Shown here: positions 38,014 through 53,193 of the stretch, piece by piece | Layout: every line of letters starts with the position of its first letter | How positions within the stretch are numbered: the stretch's first letter is position 1 | NCBI GenBank assembly: GCA_964016885.1 | Contig: OZ024743.1 | Span: 92,566,001 to 92,630,000 of the forward strand | Direction: 5' to 3' | Length of the DNA stretch: 64,000 nt | Source: Eledone cirrhosa | Lineage: Eukaryota | Translations under genes and position numbers: made by a program | The notes under the pieces: model-generated | Database searches by the model: none | Told to the model about the DNA's origin: nothing | The model's input: the letters and a program-made list of their open reading frames with translations, nothing else

Positions 38014-39273
38014 TTATTTTTTTAAAAAGTTAATTTCTTTTCAGAGCTGTTTATTTTTTACTTGGGTGAGCGCTTAGGAAACCGAGCTGCTGTAAACATT
38101 TCCCTTTTTCTTTCTTTAGTTAGTTTGATTTGCAAGCTTTTCTCTCCAGTGTCTGTTAGTTTCAAAATAATTATGCACGCAAACTTTTTCCTTTCTTTCA
38201 ACTCTACCCTTCGCATACACACTACTGCAAACGTCTTATAGGCTACCGACTGCAAAAACAGAGTTTGTTGATAATTTCAGATATTTCAAACTTTTATTCC
38301 GTCTGCCTTCGGAAGTAGTGAGCCTGCTATATACGCTAGAAAATATTTATTGAACAAAGATTTGGCTGCTTTTTCTAGCATGTAAAATGAGGGTCCATTT
38401 CTACCACTTTCCATCCTAATCAGAAACCATCAAGTTAACACCGAGATTCAAAGAAAAGCTCCCATCACAACTGCTATCACTTTCGCATTTCCCTCTGAAA
38501 ATATTAAATCGAAACGAAAGAAAGTATTGAGCCAACACTAAGTGTGTCGATCGGTCACATAACGGGTTCCGGAGCCTACCTGTAATAGCTTTTGATACTA
38601 GAAAACACACTGGCAACCTTACTGCGGATGATAGCGAGTCTAAGAAGCTGATACAACCAAGCAGACTCGCAGTCAGCGTCTGATACCTCGGTAAGGCGAG
38701 TGGCCAACTATGACAAAAAGTTCGTTGTTAGTGGACCAGCTCCTGCAAACGTCTTAGAAGCTACAGGCTGGAAAAACATAGTTTGTTGATAATTTCCGAT
38801 GTTTCAAAGTTATATTCCGTCCGCCTTCGGAAGTAGTGAGCCTGCTATATACTCTAGAAAATATTTATTGAACAAAGATTTGGCTGCTTTTTCTAGCATG
38901 TAAAATGAGCACATTTCTTTAGAGCCGTTCGAATCGAAGATGATGGACATGTGTAATAATTAATTCGGAATGGGTATCGTAGCTAGTTATTTGGCCGAGT
39001 TATATAAACAAAAAGAGAACATAAGTTTTAAAGACAGCAATATCGACAACTATGCGATACTCTCGTAGTTAATAACGTGTGCTAATTTAAAAGTTAGATG
39101 AGATTTATGTAAAAGTTTATTAAGCAACATAAATTGCTTGAAAATACTATGTTCTATGGTTGAAAGTATGAAAAATGTAAAATAGAAAATTAAAGTATAA
39201 AAATTACTGTAAAAGAAAGGTATTTAGTGAGTTGTTTTATACAATAAAACTATTAAATTGAGTGTAAGCTTTC

Positions 39274-39393
39274 GTTTACGGCCATATCCCGCTGAAAACA
39301 CCGGTTCTCGTCCGATCACCGAAGTTAAGCAACGTCGAGCCTAGTTAGTACTTGGATGGGTGACCGCTTGGGAACCCTAGGTGCCGTAAGCGT
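39274..39393 (+). rRNA. 5S rRNA: 5S rRNA (unit 29)
   Basis: Same as unit 1 gene. Confidence 0.96.
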
Positions 39394-40653
39394 TTATTTT
39401 TTTAAAAAGTTAATTTCTTTTCAGAGCTATTTATTTTTTAGTTCGGTGGCCGCTTAGGAAACCGAGCTGCTGTAAACATTTCCCTTTTTCTTTCTTTAGT
39501 TAGTTTGATTTGCAAGCTTTTCTCTCCAGTGTCTGTTAGTTTCAAAATAATTATGCACGCAAACTTTTTCCTCTCTTTCAACTCTACCCTTCGCATACAC
39601 ACTACTGCAAACGTCTTATAGGCTACCGACTGCAAAAACAGAGTTTGTTGATAATTTCAGATATTTCGAACTTTTATTCCGTCCGCCTTCGGAAGTAGTG
39701 AGCCTGCTATATACGCTAGAAAATATTTATTGAACAAAGATTTGGCTGCTTTTTCTAGCATGTAAAATGAGGGTCCATTTATACCACTTTCCATCCTAAT
39801 CAGAAACCATCATTTTAACACCGAGATTCAAAGGAAAGCTCCCATCACAACTGCTATCACTTTCGCATTTCCCTCTGAAAATATTAAATCGAAACGAAAG
39901 AAAGTATTGAGCCAACACTAAGTGTGTCGATCGGTCACATAACGGGTTCCGGAGCCTACCTGTAATAGCTTTTGATACTAGAAAACACACTGGCAACCTT
40001 ACTGCGGATGATAGCGAGTCTAAGAAGCTGATACAACCAAGCAGACTCGCAGTCAGCGTCTGATACCTCGGTAAGGCGAGTGGCCAACTATGACAAAAAG
40101 TTCGTTGTTAGTGGACCAGCTCCTGCAAACGTCTTAGAAGCTACAGGCTGGAAAAACAGAGTTTGTTGATAATTTCCGATGTTTCAAAGTTATATTCCGT
40201 CCGCCTTCGGAAGTAGTGAGCCTGCTATATACTCTAGAAAATATTTATTGAACAAAGATTTGGCTGCTTTTTCTAGCATGTAAAATGAGCACATTTCTTT
40301 AGAGCCGTTCGAATCGAAGATGATGGACATGTGTAATAATTAATTCGGAATGGGTATCGTAGCTAGTTATTTGGCCGAGTTATATAAACAAAAAGAGAAC
40401 ATAAGTTTTAAAGACAGCAATATCGACAACTATGCGATACTCTCGTAGTTAATAACGTGTGCTAATTTATAAATTAGATGAGATTTATGTAAAAGTTTAT
40501 TAAGCAACCTAAATTGCTTGAAAATACTATGTTCTATGGTTGAAAGTATGAAAAATGTAAAACAGAAAATTAAAGTATAAAAATTACTGTAAAAGAAAGG
40601 TGTTTAGTGAGTTGTTTTATACAATAAAACTATTAAATTGAGTGTAAGATTTC

Positions 40654-40773
40654 GTTTACGGCCATATCCCGCTGAAAACACCGGTTCTCGTCCGATCACC
40701 GAAGTTAAGCAACGTCGAGCCTAGTTAGTACTTGGATGGGTGACCGCTTGGGAACCCTAGGTGCCGTAAGCGT
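40654..40773 (+). rRNA. 5S rRNA: 5S rRNA (unit 30)
   Basis: Same as unit 1 gene. Confidence 0.96.
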
Positions 40774-42033
40774 TTATTTTTTTAAAAAGTTAATTTCTTT
40801 TCAGAGCTATTTATTTTTTAGTTCGGTGGCCGCTTAGGAAACCGAGCTGCTGTAAACATTTCCCTTTTTCTTTCTTTAGTTAGTTTGATTTGCAAGCTTT
40901 TCTCTCCAGTGTCTGTTAGTTTCAAAATAATTATGCACGCAAACTTTTTCCTTTCTTTCAACTCTACCCTTCGCATACACACTACTGCAAACGTCTTATA
41001 GGCTACCGACTGCAAAAACAGAGTTTGTTGATAATTTCAGATATTTCGAACTTTTATTCCGTCCGCCTTCGGAAGTAGTGAGCCTGCTATATACGCTAGA
41101 AAATATTTATTGAACAAAGATTTGGCTGCTTTTTCTAGCATGTAAAATGAGGGTCCATTTATACCACTTTCCATCCTAATCAGAAACCATCATTTTAACA
41201 CCGAGATTCAAAGGAAAGCTCCCATCACAACTGCTATCACTTTCGCATTTCCCTCTGAAAATATTAAATCGAAACGAAAGAAAGTATTGAGCCAACACTA
41301 AGTGTGTCGATCGGTCACATAACGGGTTCCGGAGCCTACCTGTAATAGCTTTTGATACTAGAAAACACACTGGCAACCTTACTGCGGATGATAGCGAGTC
41401 TAAGAAGCTGATACAACCAAGCAGACTCGCAGTCAGCGTCTGATACCTCGGTAAGGCGAGTGGCCAACTATGACAAAAAGTTCGTTGTTAGTGGACCAGC
41501 TCCTGCAAACGTCTTAGAAGCTACAGGCTGGAAAAACAGAGTTTGTTGATAATTTCCGATGTTTCAAAGTTATATTCCGTCCGCCTTCGGAAGTAGTGAG
41601 CCTGCTATATACTCTAGAAAATATTTATTGAACAAAGATTTGGCTGCTTTTTCTAGCATGTAAAATGAGCACATTTCTTTAGAGCCGTTCGAATCGAAGA
41701 TGATGGACATGTGTAATAATTAATTCGGAATGGGTATCGTAGCTAGTTATTTGGCCGAGTTATATAAACAAAAAGAGAACATAAGTTTTAAAGACAGCAA
41801 TATCGACAACTATGCGATACTCTCGTAGTTAATAACGTGTGCTAATTTATAAATTAGATGAGATTTATGTAAAAGTTTATTAAGCAACCTAAATTGCTTG
41901 AAAATACTATGTTCTATGGTTGAAAGTATGAAAAATGTAAAACAGAAAATTAAAGTATAAAAATTACTGTAAAAGAAAGGTGTTTAGTGAGTTGTTTTAT
42001 ACAATAAAACTATTAAATTGAGTGTAAGATTTC

Positions 42034-42153
42034 GTTTACGGCCATATCCCGCTGAAAACACCGGTTCTCGTCCGATCACCGAAGTTAAGCAACGTCGAGC
42101 CTAGTTAGTACTTGGATGGGTGACCGCTTGGGAACCCTAGGTGCCGTAAGCGT
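42034..42153 (+). rRNA. 5S rRNA: 5S rRNA (unit 31)
   Basis: Same as unit 1 gene. Confidence 0.96.
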
Positions 42154-43413
42154 TTATTTTTTTAAAAAGTTAATTTCTTTTCAGAGCTGTTTATTTTTTA
42201 CTTGGGTGAGCGCTTAGGAAACCGAGCTGCTGTAAACATTTCCCTTTTTCTTTCTTTAGTTAGTTTGATTTGCAAGCTTTTCTCTCCAGTGTCTGTTAGT
42301 TTCAAAATAATTATGCACGCAAACTTTTTCCTTTCTTTCAACTCTACCCTTCGCATACACACTACTGCAAACGTCTTATAGGCTACCGACTGCAAAAACA
42401 GAGTTTGTTGATAATTTCAGATATTTCAAAGTTTTATTCCGTCCGCCTTCGGAAGTAGTGAGCCTGCTATATACGCTAGAAATTATTTATTGAACAAAGA
42501 TTTGGCTGCTTTTTCTAGCATGTAAAATGAGGGTCCATTTATACCACTTTCCATCCTAATCAGAAACCATCATTTTAACACCGAGATTCAAAGAAAAGCT
42601 CCCATCACAACTGCTATCACTTTCGCATTTCCCTCTGAAAATATTAAATCGAAACGAAAGAAAGTATTGAGCCAACACTAAGTGTGTCGATCGGTCATAT
42701 AACGGGTTCCGGAGCCTACCTCTAATAGCTTTTGATACTAGAAAACACACTGGCAACCTTACTGCGGATGATAGCGAGTCTAAGAAGCTGATACAACCAA
42801 GCAGACTCGCAGTCAGCGTCTGATACCTCGGTAAGGCGAGTGGCCAACTATGACAAAAAGTTCGTTGTTAGTGGACCAGCTCCTGCAAACGTCTTAGAAG
42901 CTACAGGCTGGAAAAACATAGTTTGTTGATAATTTCCGATGTTTCAAAGTTATATTCCGTCCGCCTTCGGAAGTAGTGAGCCTGCTATATACTCTAGAAA
43001 ATATTTATTGAACAAAGATTTGGCTGCTTTTTCTAGCATGTAAAATGAGCACATTTCTTTAGAGCCGTTCGAATCGAAGATGATGGACATGTGTAATAAT
43101 TAATTCGGAATGGGTATCGTAGCTAGTTATTTGGCCGAGTTATATAAACAAAAAGAGAACATAAGTTTTAAAGACAGCAATATCGACAACTATGCGATAC
43201 TCTCGTAGTTAATAACGTGTGCTAATTTAAAAGTTAGATGAGATTTATGTAAAAGTTTATTAAGCAACATAAATTGCTTGAAAATACTATGTTCTATGGT
43301 TGAAAGTATGAAAAATGTAAAATAGAAAATTAAAGTATAAAAATTACTGTAAAAGAAAGGTATTTAGTGAGTTGTTTTATACAATAAAACTATTAAATTG
43401 AGTGTAAGCTTTC

Positions 43414-43533
43414 GTTTACGGCCATATCCCGCTGAAAACACCGGTTCTCGTCCGATCACCGAAGTTAAGCAACGTCGAGCCTAGTTAGTACTTGGATGGG
43501 TGACCGCTTGGGAACCCTAGGTGCCGTAAGCGT
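43414..43533 (+). rRNA. 5S rRNA: 5S rRNA (unit 32)
   Basis: Same as unit 1 gene. Confidence 0.96.
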
Positions 43534-44793
43534 TTATTTTTTTAAAAAGTTAATTTCTTTTCAGAGCTGTTTATTTTTTACTTGGGTGAGCGCTTAGGAA
43601 ACCGAGCTGCTGTAAACATTTCCCTTTTTCTTTCTTTAGTTAGTTTGATTTGCAAGCTTTTCTCTCCACTGTCTGTTAGTTTCAAAATAATTATGCACGC
43701 AAACTTTTTCCTTTCTTTCAACTCTACCCTTCGCATACACACTACTGCAAACGTCTTATAGGCTACCGACTGCAAAAACAGAGTTTGTTGATAATTTCAG
43801 ATATTTCAAACTTTTATTCCGTCTGCCTTCGGAAGTAGTGAGCCTGCTATATACGCTAGAAAATATTTATTGAACAAAGATTTGGCTGCTTTTTCTAGCA
43901 TGTAAAATGAGGGTCCATTTATACCACTTTCCATCCTAATCAGAAACCATCAAGTTAACACCGAGATTCAAAGAAAAGCTCCCATCACAACTGCTATCAC
44001 TTTCGCATTTCCCTCTGAAAATATTAAATCGAAACGAAAGAAAGTATTGAGCCAACACTAAGTGTGTCGATCGGTCACATAACGGGTTCCGGAGCCTACC
44101 TGTAATAGCTTTTGATACTAGAAAACACACTGGCAACCTTACTGCGGATGATAGCGAGTCTAAGAAGCTGATACAACCAAGCAGACTCGCAGTCAGCGTC
44201 TGATACCTCGGTAAGGCGAGTGGGCAACTATGACAAAAAGTTCGTTGTTAGTGGACCAGCTCCTGCAAACGTCTTAGAAGCTACAGGCTGGAAAAACATA
44301 GTTTGTTGATAATTTCCGATGTTTCAAAGTTATATTCCGTCCGCCTTCGGAAGTAGTGAGCCTGCTATATACTCTAGAAAATATTTATTGAACAAAGATT
44401 TGGCTGCTTTTTCTAGCATGTAAAATGAGCACATTTCTTTAGAGCCGTTCGAATCGAAGATGATGGACATGTGTAATAATTAATTCGGAATGGGTATCGT
44501 AGCTAGTTATTTGGCCGAGTTATATAAACAAAAAGAGAACATAAGTTTTAAAGACAGCAATATCGACAACTATGCGATACTCTCGTAGTTAATAACGTGT
44601 GCTAATTTAAAAGTTAGATGAGATTTATGCAAAAGTTTATTAAGCAACCTAAATTGCTTGAAAATACTATGTTCTATGGTTGAAAGTATGAAAAATGTAA
44701 AATAGAAAATTAAAGTATAAAAATTACTGTAAAAGAAAGGTGTTTAGTGAGTTGTTTTATACAATAAAACTATTAAATTGAGTGTAAGCTTTC

Positions 44794-44913
44794 GTTTACG
44801 GCCATATCCCTCTGAAAACACCGGTTCTCGTCCGATCACCGAAGTTAAGCAACGTCGAGCCTAGTTAGTACTTGGATGGGTGACCGCTTGGGAACCCTAG
44901 GTGCCGTAAGCGT
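44794..44913 (+). rRNA. 5S rRNA: 5S rRNA (unit 33, variant G18T)
   Basis: As unit 1 except G>T at 44811. Confidence 0.92.
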
Positions 44914-46173
44914 TTATTTTTTTAAAAAGTTAATTTCTTTTCAGAGCTATTTATTTTTTAGTTCGGTGGCCGCTTAGGAAACCGAGCTGCTGTAAACACT
45001 TCCCTTTTTCTTTCTTTAGTTAGTTTGATTTGCAAGCTTTTCTCTCCAGTGTCTGTTAGTTTCAAAATAATTATGCACGCAAACTTTTTCCTTTCTTTCA
45101 ACTCTACCCTTCGCATACACACTACTGCAAACGTCTTATAGGCTACCGACTGCAAAAACAGAGTTTGTTGATAATTTCAGATATTTCGAACTTTTATTCC
45201 GTCCGCCTTCGGAAGTAGTGAGCCTGCTATATACGCTAGAAAATATTTATTGAACAAAGATTTGGCTGCTTTTTCTAGCATGTAAAATGAGGGTCCATTT
45301 ATACCACTTTCCATCCTAATCAGAAACCATCATTTTAACACCGAGATTCAAAGGAAAGCTCCCATCACAACTGCTATCACTTTCGCATTTCCCTCTGAAA
45401 ATATTAAGTCGAAACGAAAGAAAGTATTGAGCCAACACTAAGTGTGTCTATCGGTCACATAACGGGTTCCGGAGCCTACCTCTAATAGCTTTTGACACTA
45501 GAAAACACACTGGCAACCTTACTGCGGATGATAGCGAGTCTAAGAAGCTGATACAACCAAGCAGACTCGCAGTCAGCGTCTGATACCTCGGTAAGGCGAG
45601 TGGCCAACTATGACAAAAAGTTCGTTGTTAGTGGACCAGCTCCTGCAAACGTCTTAGAAGCTACAGGCTGGAAAAACATAGTTTGTTGATAATTTCCGAT
45701 GTTTCAAAGTTATATTCCGTCCGCCTTCGGAAGTAGTGAGCCTGCTATATACTCTAGAAAATATTTATTGAACAAAGATTTGGCTGCTTTTTCTAGCATG
45801 TAAAATGAGCACATTTCTTTAGAGCCGTTCGAATCGAAGATGATGGACATGTGTAATAATTAATTCGGAATGGGTATCGTAGCTAGTTATTTGGCCGAGT
45901 TATATAAACAAAAAGAGAACATAAGTTTTAAAGACAGCAATATCGACAACTATGCGATACTCTCGTAGTTAATAACGTGTGCTAATTTATAAATTAGATG
46001 AGATTTATGTAAAAGTTTATTAAGCAACCTAAATTGCTTGAAAATACTATGTTCTATGGTTGAAAGTATGAAAAATGTAAAACAGAAAATTAAAGTATAA
46101 AAATTACTGTAAAAGAAAGGTGTTTAGTGAGTTGTTTTATACAATAAAACTATTAAATTGAGTGTAAGATTTC

Positions 46174-46293
46174 GTTTACGGCCATATCCCGCTGAAAACA
46201 CCGGTTCTCGTCCGATCACCGAAGTTAAGCAACGTCGACCCTAGTAAGTACTTGGATGGGTGACCGCTTGGGAACCCTAGGTGCCGTAAGCGT
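46174..46293 (+). rRNA. 5S rRNA: 5S rRNA (unit 34, variant G66C+T73A)
   Basis: As unit 1 except 46239 G>C and 46246 T>A. Confidence 0.92.
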
Positions 46294-47553
46294 TTATTTT
46301 TTTAAAAAATTAATTTCTTTTCAGAGCTGTTTATTTTTTACTTGGGTGAGCGCTTAGGAAACCGAGCTGCTGTAAACATTTCCCTTTTTCTTTCTTTAGT
46401 TAGTTTGATTTGCAAGCTTTTCTCTCCAGTGTCTGTTAGTTTCAAAATAATTATGCACGCAAACTTTTTCCTTTCTTTCAACTCTACCCTTCGCATACAC
46501 ACTACTGCAAACGTCTTATAGGCTACCGACTGCAAAAACAGAGTTTGTTGATAATTTCAGATATTTCGAACTTTTATTCCGTCCGCCTTCGGAAGTAGTG
46601 AGCCTGCTATATACGCTAGAAAATATTTATTGAACAAAGATTTGGCTGCTTTTTCTAGCATGTAAAATGAGGGTCCATTTATACCACTTTCCATCCTAAT
46701 CAGAAACCATCATTTTAACACCGAGATTCAAAGGAAAGCTCCCATCACAACTGCTATCACTTTTGCATTTCCCTCTGAAAATATTAAGTCGAAACGAAAG
46801 AAAGTATTGAGCCAACACTAAGTGTGTCTATCGGTCACATAACGGGTTCCGGAGCCTACCTCTAATAGCTTTTGACACTAGAAAACACACTGGCAACCTT
46901 ACTGCGGATGATAGCGAGTCTAAGAAGCTGATACAACCAAGCACACTCGCAGTCAGCGTCTGATACCTCGGTAAGGCGAGTGGCCAACTATGACAAAAAG
47001 TTCGTTGTTAGTGGACCAGCTCCTGCAAACGTCTTAGAAGCTACAGGCTGGAAAAACAGAGTTTGTTGATAATTTCCGATGTTTCAAAGTTATATTCCGT
47101 CCGCCTTCGGAAGTAGTGAGCCTGCTATATACTCTAGAAAATATTTATTGAACAAAGATTTGGCTGCTTTTTCTAGCATGTAAAATGAGCACATTTCTTT
47201 AGAGCCGTTCGAATCGAAGATGATGGACATGTGTAATAATTAATTCGGAATGGGTATCGTAGCTAGTTATTTGGCCGAGTTATATAAACAAAAAGAGAAC
47301 ATAAGTTTTAAAGACAGCAATATCGACAACTATGCGATACTCTCGTAGTTAATAACGTGTGCTAATTTAAAAGTTAGATGAGATTTATGTAAAAGTTTAT
47401 TAAGCAACCTAAATTGCTTGAAAATACTATGTTCTATGGTTGAAAGTATGAAAAATGTAAAATAGAAAATTAAAGTATAAAAATTACTGTAAAGGAAAGG
47501 TGTTTAGTGAGTTGTGTTATACAATAAAACTATCAAATTGAGTGTAAGATTTC

Positions 47554-47673
47554 GTTTACGGCCATATCCCGCTGAAAACACCGGTTCTCGTCCGATCACC
47601 GAAGTTAAGCAACGTCGAGCCTAGTTAGTACTTGGATGGGTGACCGCTTGGGAACCCTAGGTGCCGTAAGCGT
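47554..47673 (+). rRNA. 5S rRNA: 5S rRNA (unit 35)
   Basis: Same as unit 1 gene. Confidence 0.96.
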
Positions 47674-48933
47674 TTATTTTTTTAAAAAGTTAATTTCTTT
47701 TCAGAGCTATTTATTTTTTAGTTCGGTGGCCGCTTAGGAAACCGAGCTGCTGTAAACATTTCCCTTTTTCTTTCTTTAGTTAGTTTGATTTGCAAGCTTT
47801 TCTCTCCAGTGTCTGTTAGTTTCAAAATAATTATGCACGCAAACTTTTTCCTTTCTTTCAACTCTACCCTTCGCATACACACTACTGCAAACGTCTTATA
47901 GGCTACCGACTGCAAAAACAGAGTTTGTTGATAATTTCAGATATTTCGAACTTTTATTCCGTCCGCCTTCGGAAGTAGTGAGCCTGCTATATACGCTAGA
48001 AAATATTTATTGAACAAAGACTTGGCTGCTTTTTCTAGCATGTAAAATGAGGGTCCATTTATACCACTTTCCATCCTAATCAGAAACCATCATTTTAACA
48101 CCGAGATTCAAAGAAAAGCTCCCATCACAACTGCTATCACTTTCGCATTTCCCTCTGAAAATATTAAGTCGAAACGAAAGAAAGTATTGAGCCAACACTA
48201 AGTGTGTCTATCGGTCACATAACGGGTTCCGGAGCCTACCTCTAATAGCTTTTGACACTAGAAAACACACTGGCAACCTTACTGCGGATGATAGCGAGTC
48301 TAAGAAGCTGATACAACCAAGCACACTCGCAGTCAGCGTCTGATACCTCGGTAAGGCGAGTGGCCAACTATGACAAAAAGTTCGTTGTTAGTGGACCAGC
48401 TCCTGCAAACGTCTTAGAAGCTACAGGCTGGAAAAACATAGTTTGTTGATAATTTCCGATGTTTCAAAGTTATATTCCGTCCGCCTTCGGAAGTAGTGAG
48501 CCTGCTATATACTCTAGAAAATATTTATTGAACAAAGATTTGGCTGCTTTTTCTAGCATGTAAAATGAGCACATTTCTTTAGAGCCGTTCGAATCGAAGA
48601 TGATGGACATGTGTAATAATTAATTCGGAATGGGTATCGTAGCTAGTTATTTGGCCGAGTTATATAAACAAAAAGAGAACATAAGTTTTAAAGACAGCAA
48701 TATCGACAACTATGCGATACTCTCGTAGTTAATAACGTGTGCTAATTTATAAATTAGATGAGATTTATGTAAAAGTTTATTAAGCAACCTAAATTGCTTG
48801 AAAATACTATGTTCTATGGTTGAAAGTATGAAAAATGTAAAACAGAAAATTAAAGTATAAAAATTACTGTAAAAGAAAGGTGTTTAGTGAGTTGTTTTAT
48901 ACAATAAAACTATTAAATTGAGTGTAAGATTTC

Positions 48934-49053
48934 GTTTACGGCCATATCCCGCTGAAAACACCGGTTCTCGTCCGATCACCGAAGTTAAGCAACGTCGAGC
49001 CTAGTTAGTACTTGGATGGGTGACCGCTTGGGAACCCTAGGTGCCGTAAGCGT
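48934..49053 (+). rRNA. 5S rRNA: 5S rRNA (unit 36)
   Basis: Same as unit 1 gene. Confidence 0.96.
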
Positions 49054-50313
49054 TTATTTTTTTAAAAAATTAATTTCTTTTCAGAGCTGTTTATTTTTTA
49101 CTTGGGTGAGCGCTTAGGAAACCGAGCTGCTGTAAACATTTCCCTTTTTCTTTCTTTAGTTAGTTTGATTTGCAAGCTTTTCTCTCCAGTGTCTGTTAGT
49201 TTCAAAATAATTATGCACGCAAACTTTTTCCTTTCTTTCAACTCTACCCTTCGCATACACACTACTGCAAACGTCTTATAGGCTACCGACTGCAAAAACA
49301 GAGTTTGTTGATAATTTCAGATATTTCAAACTTATATTCCGTCCGCCTTCGGAAGTAGTGAGCCTGCTATATACGCTAGAAAATATTTATTGAACAAAGA
49401 TTTGGCTGCTTTTTCTAGCATGTAAAATGAGGGTCCATTTATACCACTTTCCATCCTAATAAGAAACCATCATTTTAACACCGAGATTCAAAGAAAAGCT
49501 CCCATCACAACTGCTATCACTTTCGCATTTCCCTCTGAAAATATTAAATCGAAACGAAAGAAAGTATTGAGCCAACACTAAGTGTGTCGATCGGTCACAT
49601 AACGGGTTCCGGAGCCTACCTGTAATAGCTTTTGATACTAGAAAACACACTGGCAACCTTACTGCGGATGATAGCGAGTCTAAGAAGCTGATACAACCAA
49701 GCAGACTCGCAGTCAGCGTCTGATACCTCGGTAAGGCGAGTGGCCAACTATGACAAAAAGTTCGTTGTTAGTGGACCAGCTCCTGCAAACGTCTTAGAAG
49801 CTACAGGCTGGAAAAACATAGTTTGTTGATAATTTCCGATGTTTCAAAGTTATATTCCGTCCGCCTTCGGAAGTAGTGAGCCTGCTATATACTCTAGAAA
49901 ATATTTATTGAACAAAGATTTGGCTGCTTTTTCTAGCATGTAAAATGAGCACATTTCTTTAGAGCCGTTCGAATCGAAGATGATGGACATGTGTAATAAT
50001 TAATTCGGAATGGGTATCGTAGCTAGTTATTTGGCCGAGTTATATAAACAAAAAGAGAACATAAGTTTTAAAGACAGCAATATCGACAACTATGCGATAC
50101 TCTCGTAGTTAATAACGTGTGCTAATTTATAAATTAGATGAGATTTATGTAAAAGTTTATTAAGCAACCTAAATTGCTTGAAAATACTATGTTCTATGGT
50201 TGAAAGTATGAAAAATGTAAAACAGAAAATTAAAGTATAAAAATTACTGTAAAAGAAAGGTGTTTAGTGAGTTGTTTTATACAATAAAACTATTAAATTG
50301 AGTGTAAGATTTC

Positions 50314-50433
50314 GTTTACGGCCATATCCCGCTGAAAACACCGGTTCTCGTCCGATCACCGAAGTTAAGCAACGTCGAGCCTAGTTAGTACTTGGATGGG
50401 TGACCGCTTGGGAACCCTAGGTGCCGTAAGCGT
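50314..50433 (+). rRNA. 5S rRNA: 5S rRNA (unit 37)
   Basis: Same as unit 1 gene. Confidence 0.96.
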
Positions 50434-51693
50434 TTATTTTTTTAAAAAATTAATTTCTTTTCAGAGCTGTTTATTTTTTACTTGGGTGAGCGCTTAGGAA
50501 ACCGAGCTGCTGTAAACATTTCCCTTTTTCTTTCTTTAGTTAGTTTGATTTGCAAGCTTTTCTCTCCAGTGTCTGTTAGTTTCAAAATAATTATGCACGC
50601 AAACTTTTTCCTTTCTTTCAACTCTACCCTTCGCATACACACTACTGCAAACGTCTTATAGGCTACCGACTGCAAAAACAGAGTTTGTTGATAATTTCAG
50701 ATATTTCAAACTTATATTCCGTCCGCCTTCGGAAGTAGTGAGCCTGCTATATACGCTAGAAAATATTTATTGAACAAAGATTTGGCTGCTTTTTCTAGCA
50801 TGTAAAATGAGGGTCCATTTATACCACTTTCCATCCTAATAAGAAACCATCATTTTAACACCGAGATTCAAAGAAAAGCTCCCATCACAACTGCTATCAC
50901 TTTCGCATTTCCCTCTGAAAATATTAAATCGAAACGAAAGAAAGTATTGAGCCAACACTAAGTGTGTCGATCGGTCACATAACGGGTTCCGGAGCCTACC
51001 TGTAATAGCTTTTGATACTAGAAAACACACTGGCAACCTTACTGCGGATGATAGCGAGTCTAAGAAGCTGATACAACCAAGCAGACTCGCAGTCAGCGTC
51101 TGATACCTCGGTAAGGCGAGTGGCCAACTATGACAAAAAGTTCGTTGTTAGTGGACCAGCTCCTGCAAACGTCTTAGAAGCTACAGGCTGGAAAAACATA
51201 GTTTGTTGATAATTTCCGATGTTTCAAAGTTATATTCCGTCCGCCTTCGGAAGTAGTGAGCCTGCTATATACTCTAGAAAATATTTATTGAACAAAGATT
51301 TGGCTGCTTTTTCTAGCATGTAAAATGAGCACATTTCTTTAGAGCCGTTCGAATCGAAGATGATGGACATGTGTAATAATTAATTCGGAATGGGTATCGT
51401 AGCTAGTTATTTGGCCGAGTTATATAAACAAAAAGAGAACATAAGTTTTAAAGACAGCAATATCGACAACTATGCGATACTCTCGTAGTTAATAACGTGT
51501 GCTAATTTATAAATTAGATGAGATTTATGTAAAAGTTTATTAAGCAACCTAAATTGCTTGAAAATACTATGTTCTATGGTTGAAAGTATGAAAAATGTAA
51601 AACAGAAAATTAAAGTATAAAAATTACTGTAAAAGAAAGGTGTTTAGTGAGTTGTTTTATACAATAAAACTATTAAATTGAGTGTAAGATTTC

Positions 51694-51813
51694 GTTTACG
51701 GCCATATCCCGCTGAAAACACCGGTTCTCGTCCGATCACCGAAGTTAAGCAACGTCGAGCCTAGTTAGTACTTGGATGGGTGACCGCTTGGGAACCCTAG
51801 GTGCCGTAAGCGT
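51694..51813 (+). rRNA. 5S rRNA: 5S rRNA (unit 38)
   Basis: Same as unit 1 gene. Confidence 0.96.
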
Positions 51814-53073
51814 TTATTTTTTTAAAAAGTTAATTTCTTTTCAGAGCTGTTTATTTTTTACTTGGGTGAGCGCTTAGGAAACCGAGCTGCTGTAAACATT
51901 TCCCTTTTTCTTTCTTTAGTTAGTTTGATTTGCAAGCTTTTCTCTCCAGTGTCTGTTAGTTTCAAAATAATTATGCACGCAAACTTTTTCCTTTCTTTCA
52001 ACTCTACCCTTCGCATACACACTACTGCAAACGTCTTATAGGCTACCGACTGCAAAAACAGAGTTTGTTGATAATTTCAGATATTTCAAAGTTTTATTCC
52101 GTCCGCCTTCGGAAGTAGTGAGCCTGCTATATACGCTAGAAATTATTTATTGAACAAAGATTTGGCTGCTTTTTCTAGCATGTAAAATGAGGGTCCATTT
52201 ATACCACTTTCCATCCTAATCAGAAACCATCATTTTAACACCGAGATTCAAAGAAAAGCTCCCATCACAACTGCTATCACTTTCGCATTTCCCTCTGAAA
52301 ATATTAAATCGAAACGAAAGAAAGTATTGAGCCAACACTAAGTGTGTCGATCGGTCATATAACGGGTTCCGGAGCCTACCTCTAATAGCTTTTGATACTA
52401 GAAAACACACTGGCAACCTTACTGCGGATGATAGCGAGTCTAAGAAGCTGATACAACCAAGCAGACTCGCAGTCAGCGTCTGATACCTCGGTAAGGCGAG
52501 TGGCCAACTATGACAAAAAGTTCGTTGTTAGTGGACCAGCTCCTGCAAACGTCTTAGAAGCTACAGGCTGGAAAAACATAGTTTGTTGATAATTTCCGAT
52601 GTTTCAAAGTTATATTCCGTCCGCCTTCGGAAGTAGTGAGCCTGCTATATACTCTAGAAAATATTTATTGAACAAAGATTTGGCTGCTTTTTCTAGCATG
52701 TAAAATGAGCACATTTCTTTAGAGCCGTTCGAATCGAAGATGATGGACATGTGTAATAATTAATTCGGAATGGGTATCGTAGCTAGTTATTTGGCCGAGT
52801 TATATAAACAAAAAGAGAACATAAGTTTTAAAGACAGCAATATCGACAACTATGCGATACTCTCGTAGTTAATAACGTGTGCTAATTTAAAAGTTAGATG
52901 AGATTTATGTAAAAGTTTATTAAGCAACATAAATTGCTTGAAAATACTATGTTCTATGGTTGAAAGTATGAAAAATGTAAAATAGAAAATTAAAGTATAA
53001 AAATTACTGTAAAAGAAAGGTATTTAGTGAGTTGTTTTATACAATAAAACTATTAAATTGAGTGTAAGCTTTC

Positions 53074-53193
53074 GTTTACGGCCATATCCCGCTGAAAACA
53101 CCGGTTCTCGTCCGATCACCGAAGTTAAGCAACGTCGAGCCTAGTTAGTACTTGGATGGGTGACCGCTTGGGAACCCTAGGTGCCGTAAGCGT
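53074..53193 (+). rRNA. 5S rRNA: 5S rRNA (unit 39)
   Basis: Same as unit 1 gene. Confidence 0.96.
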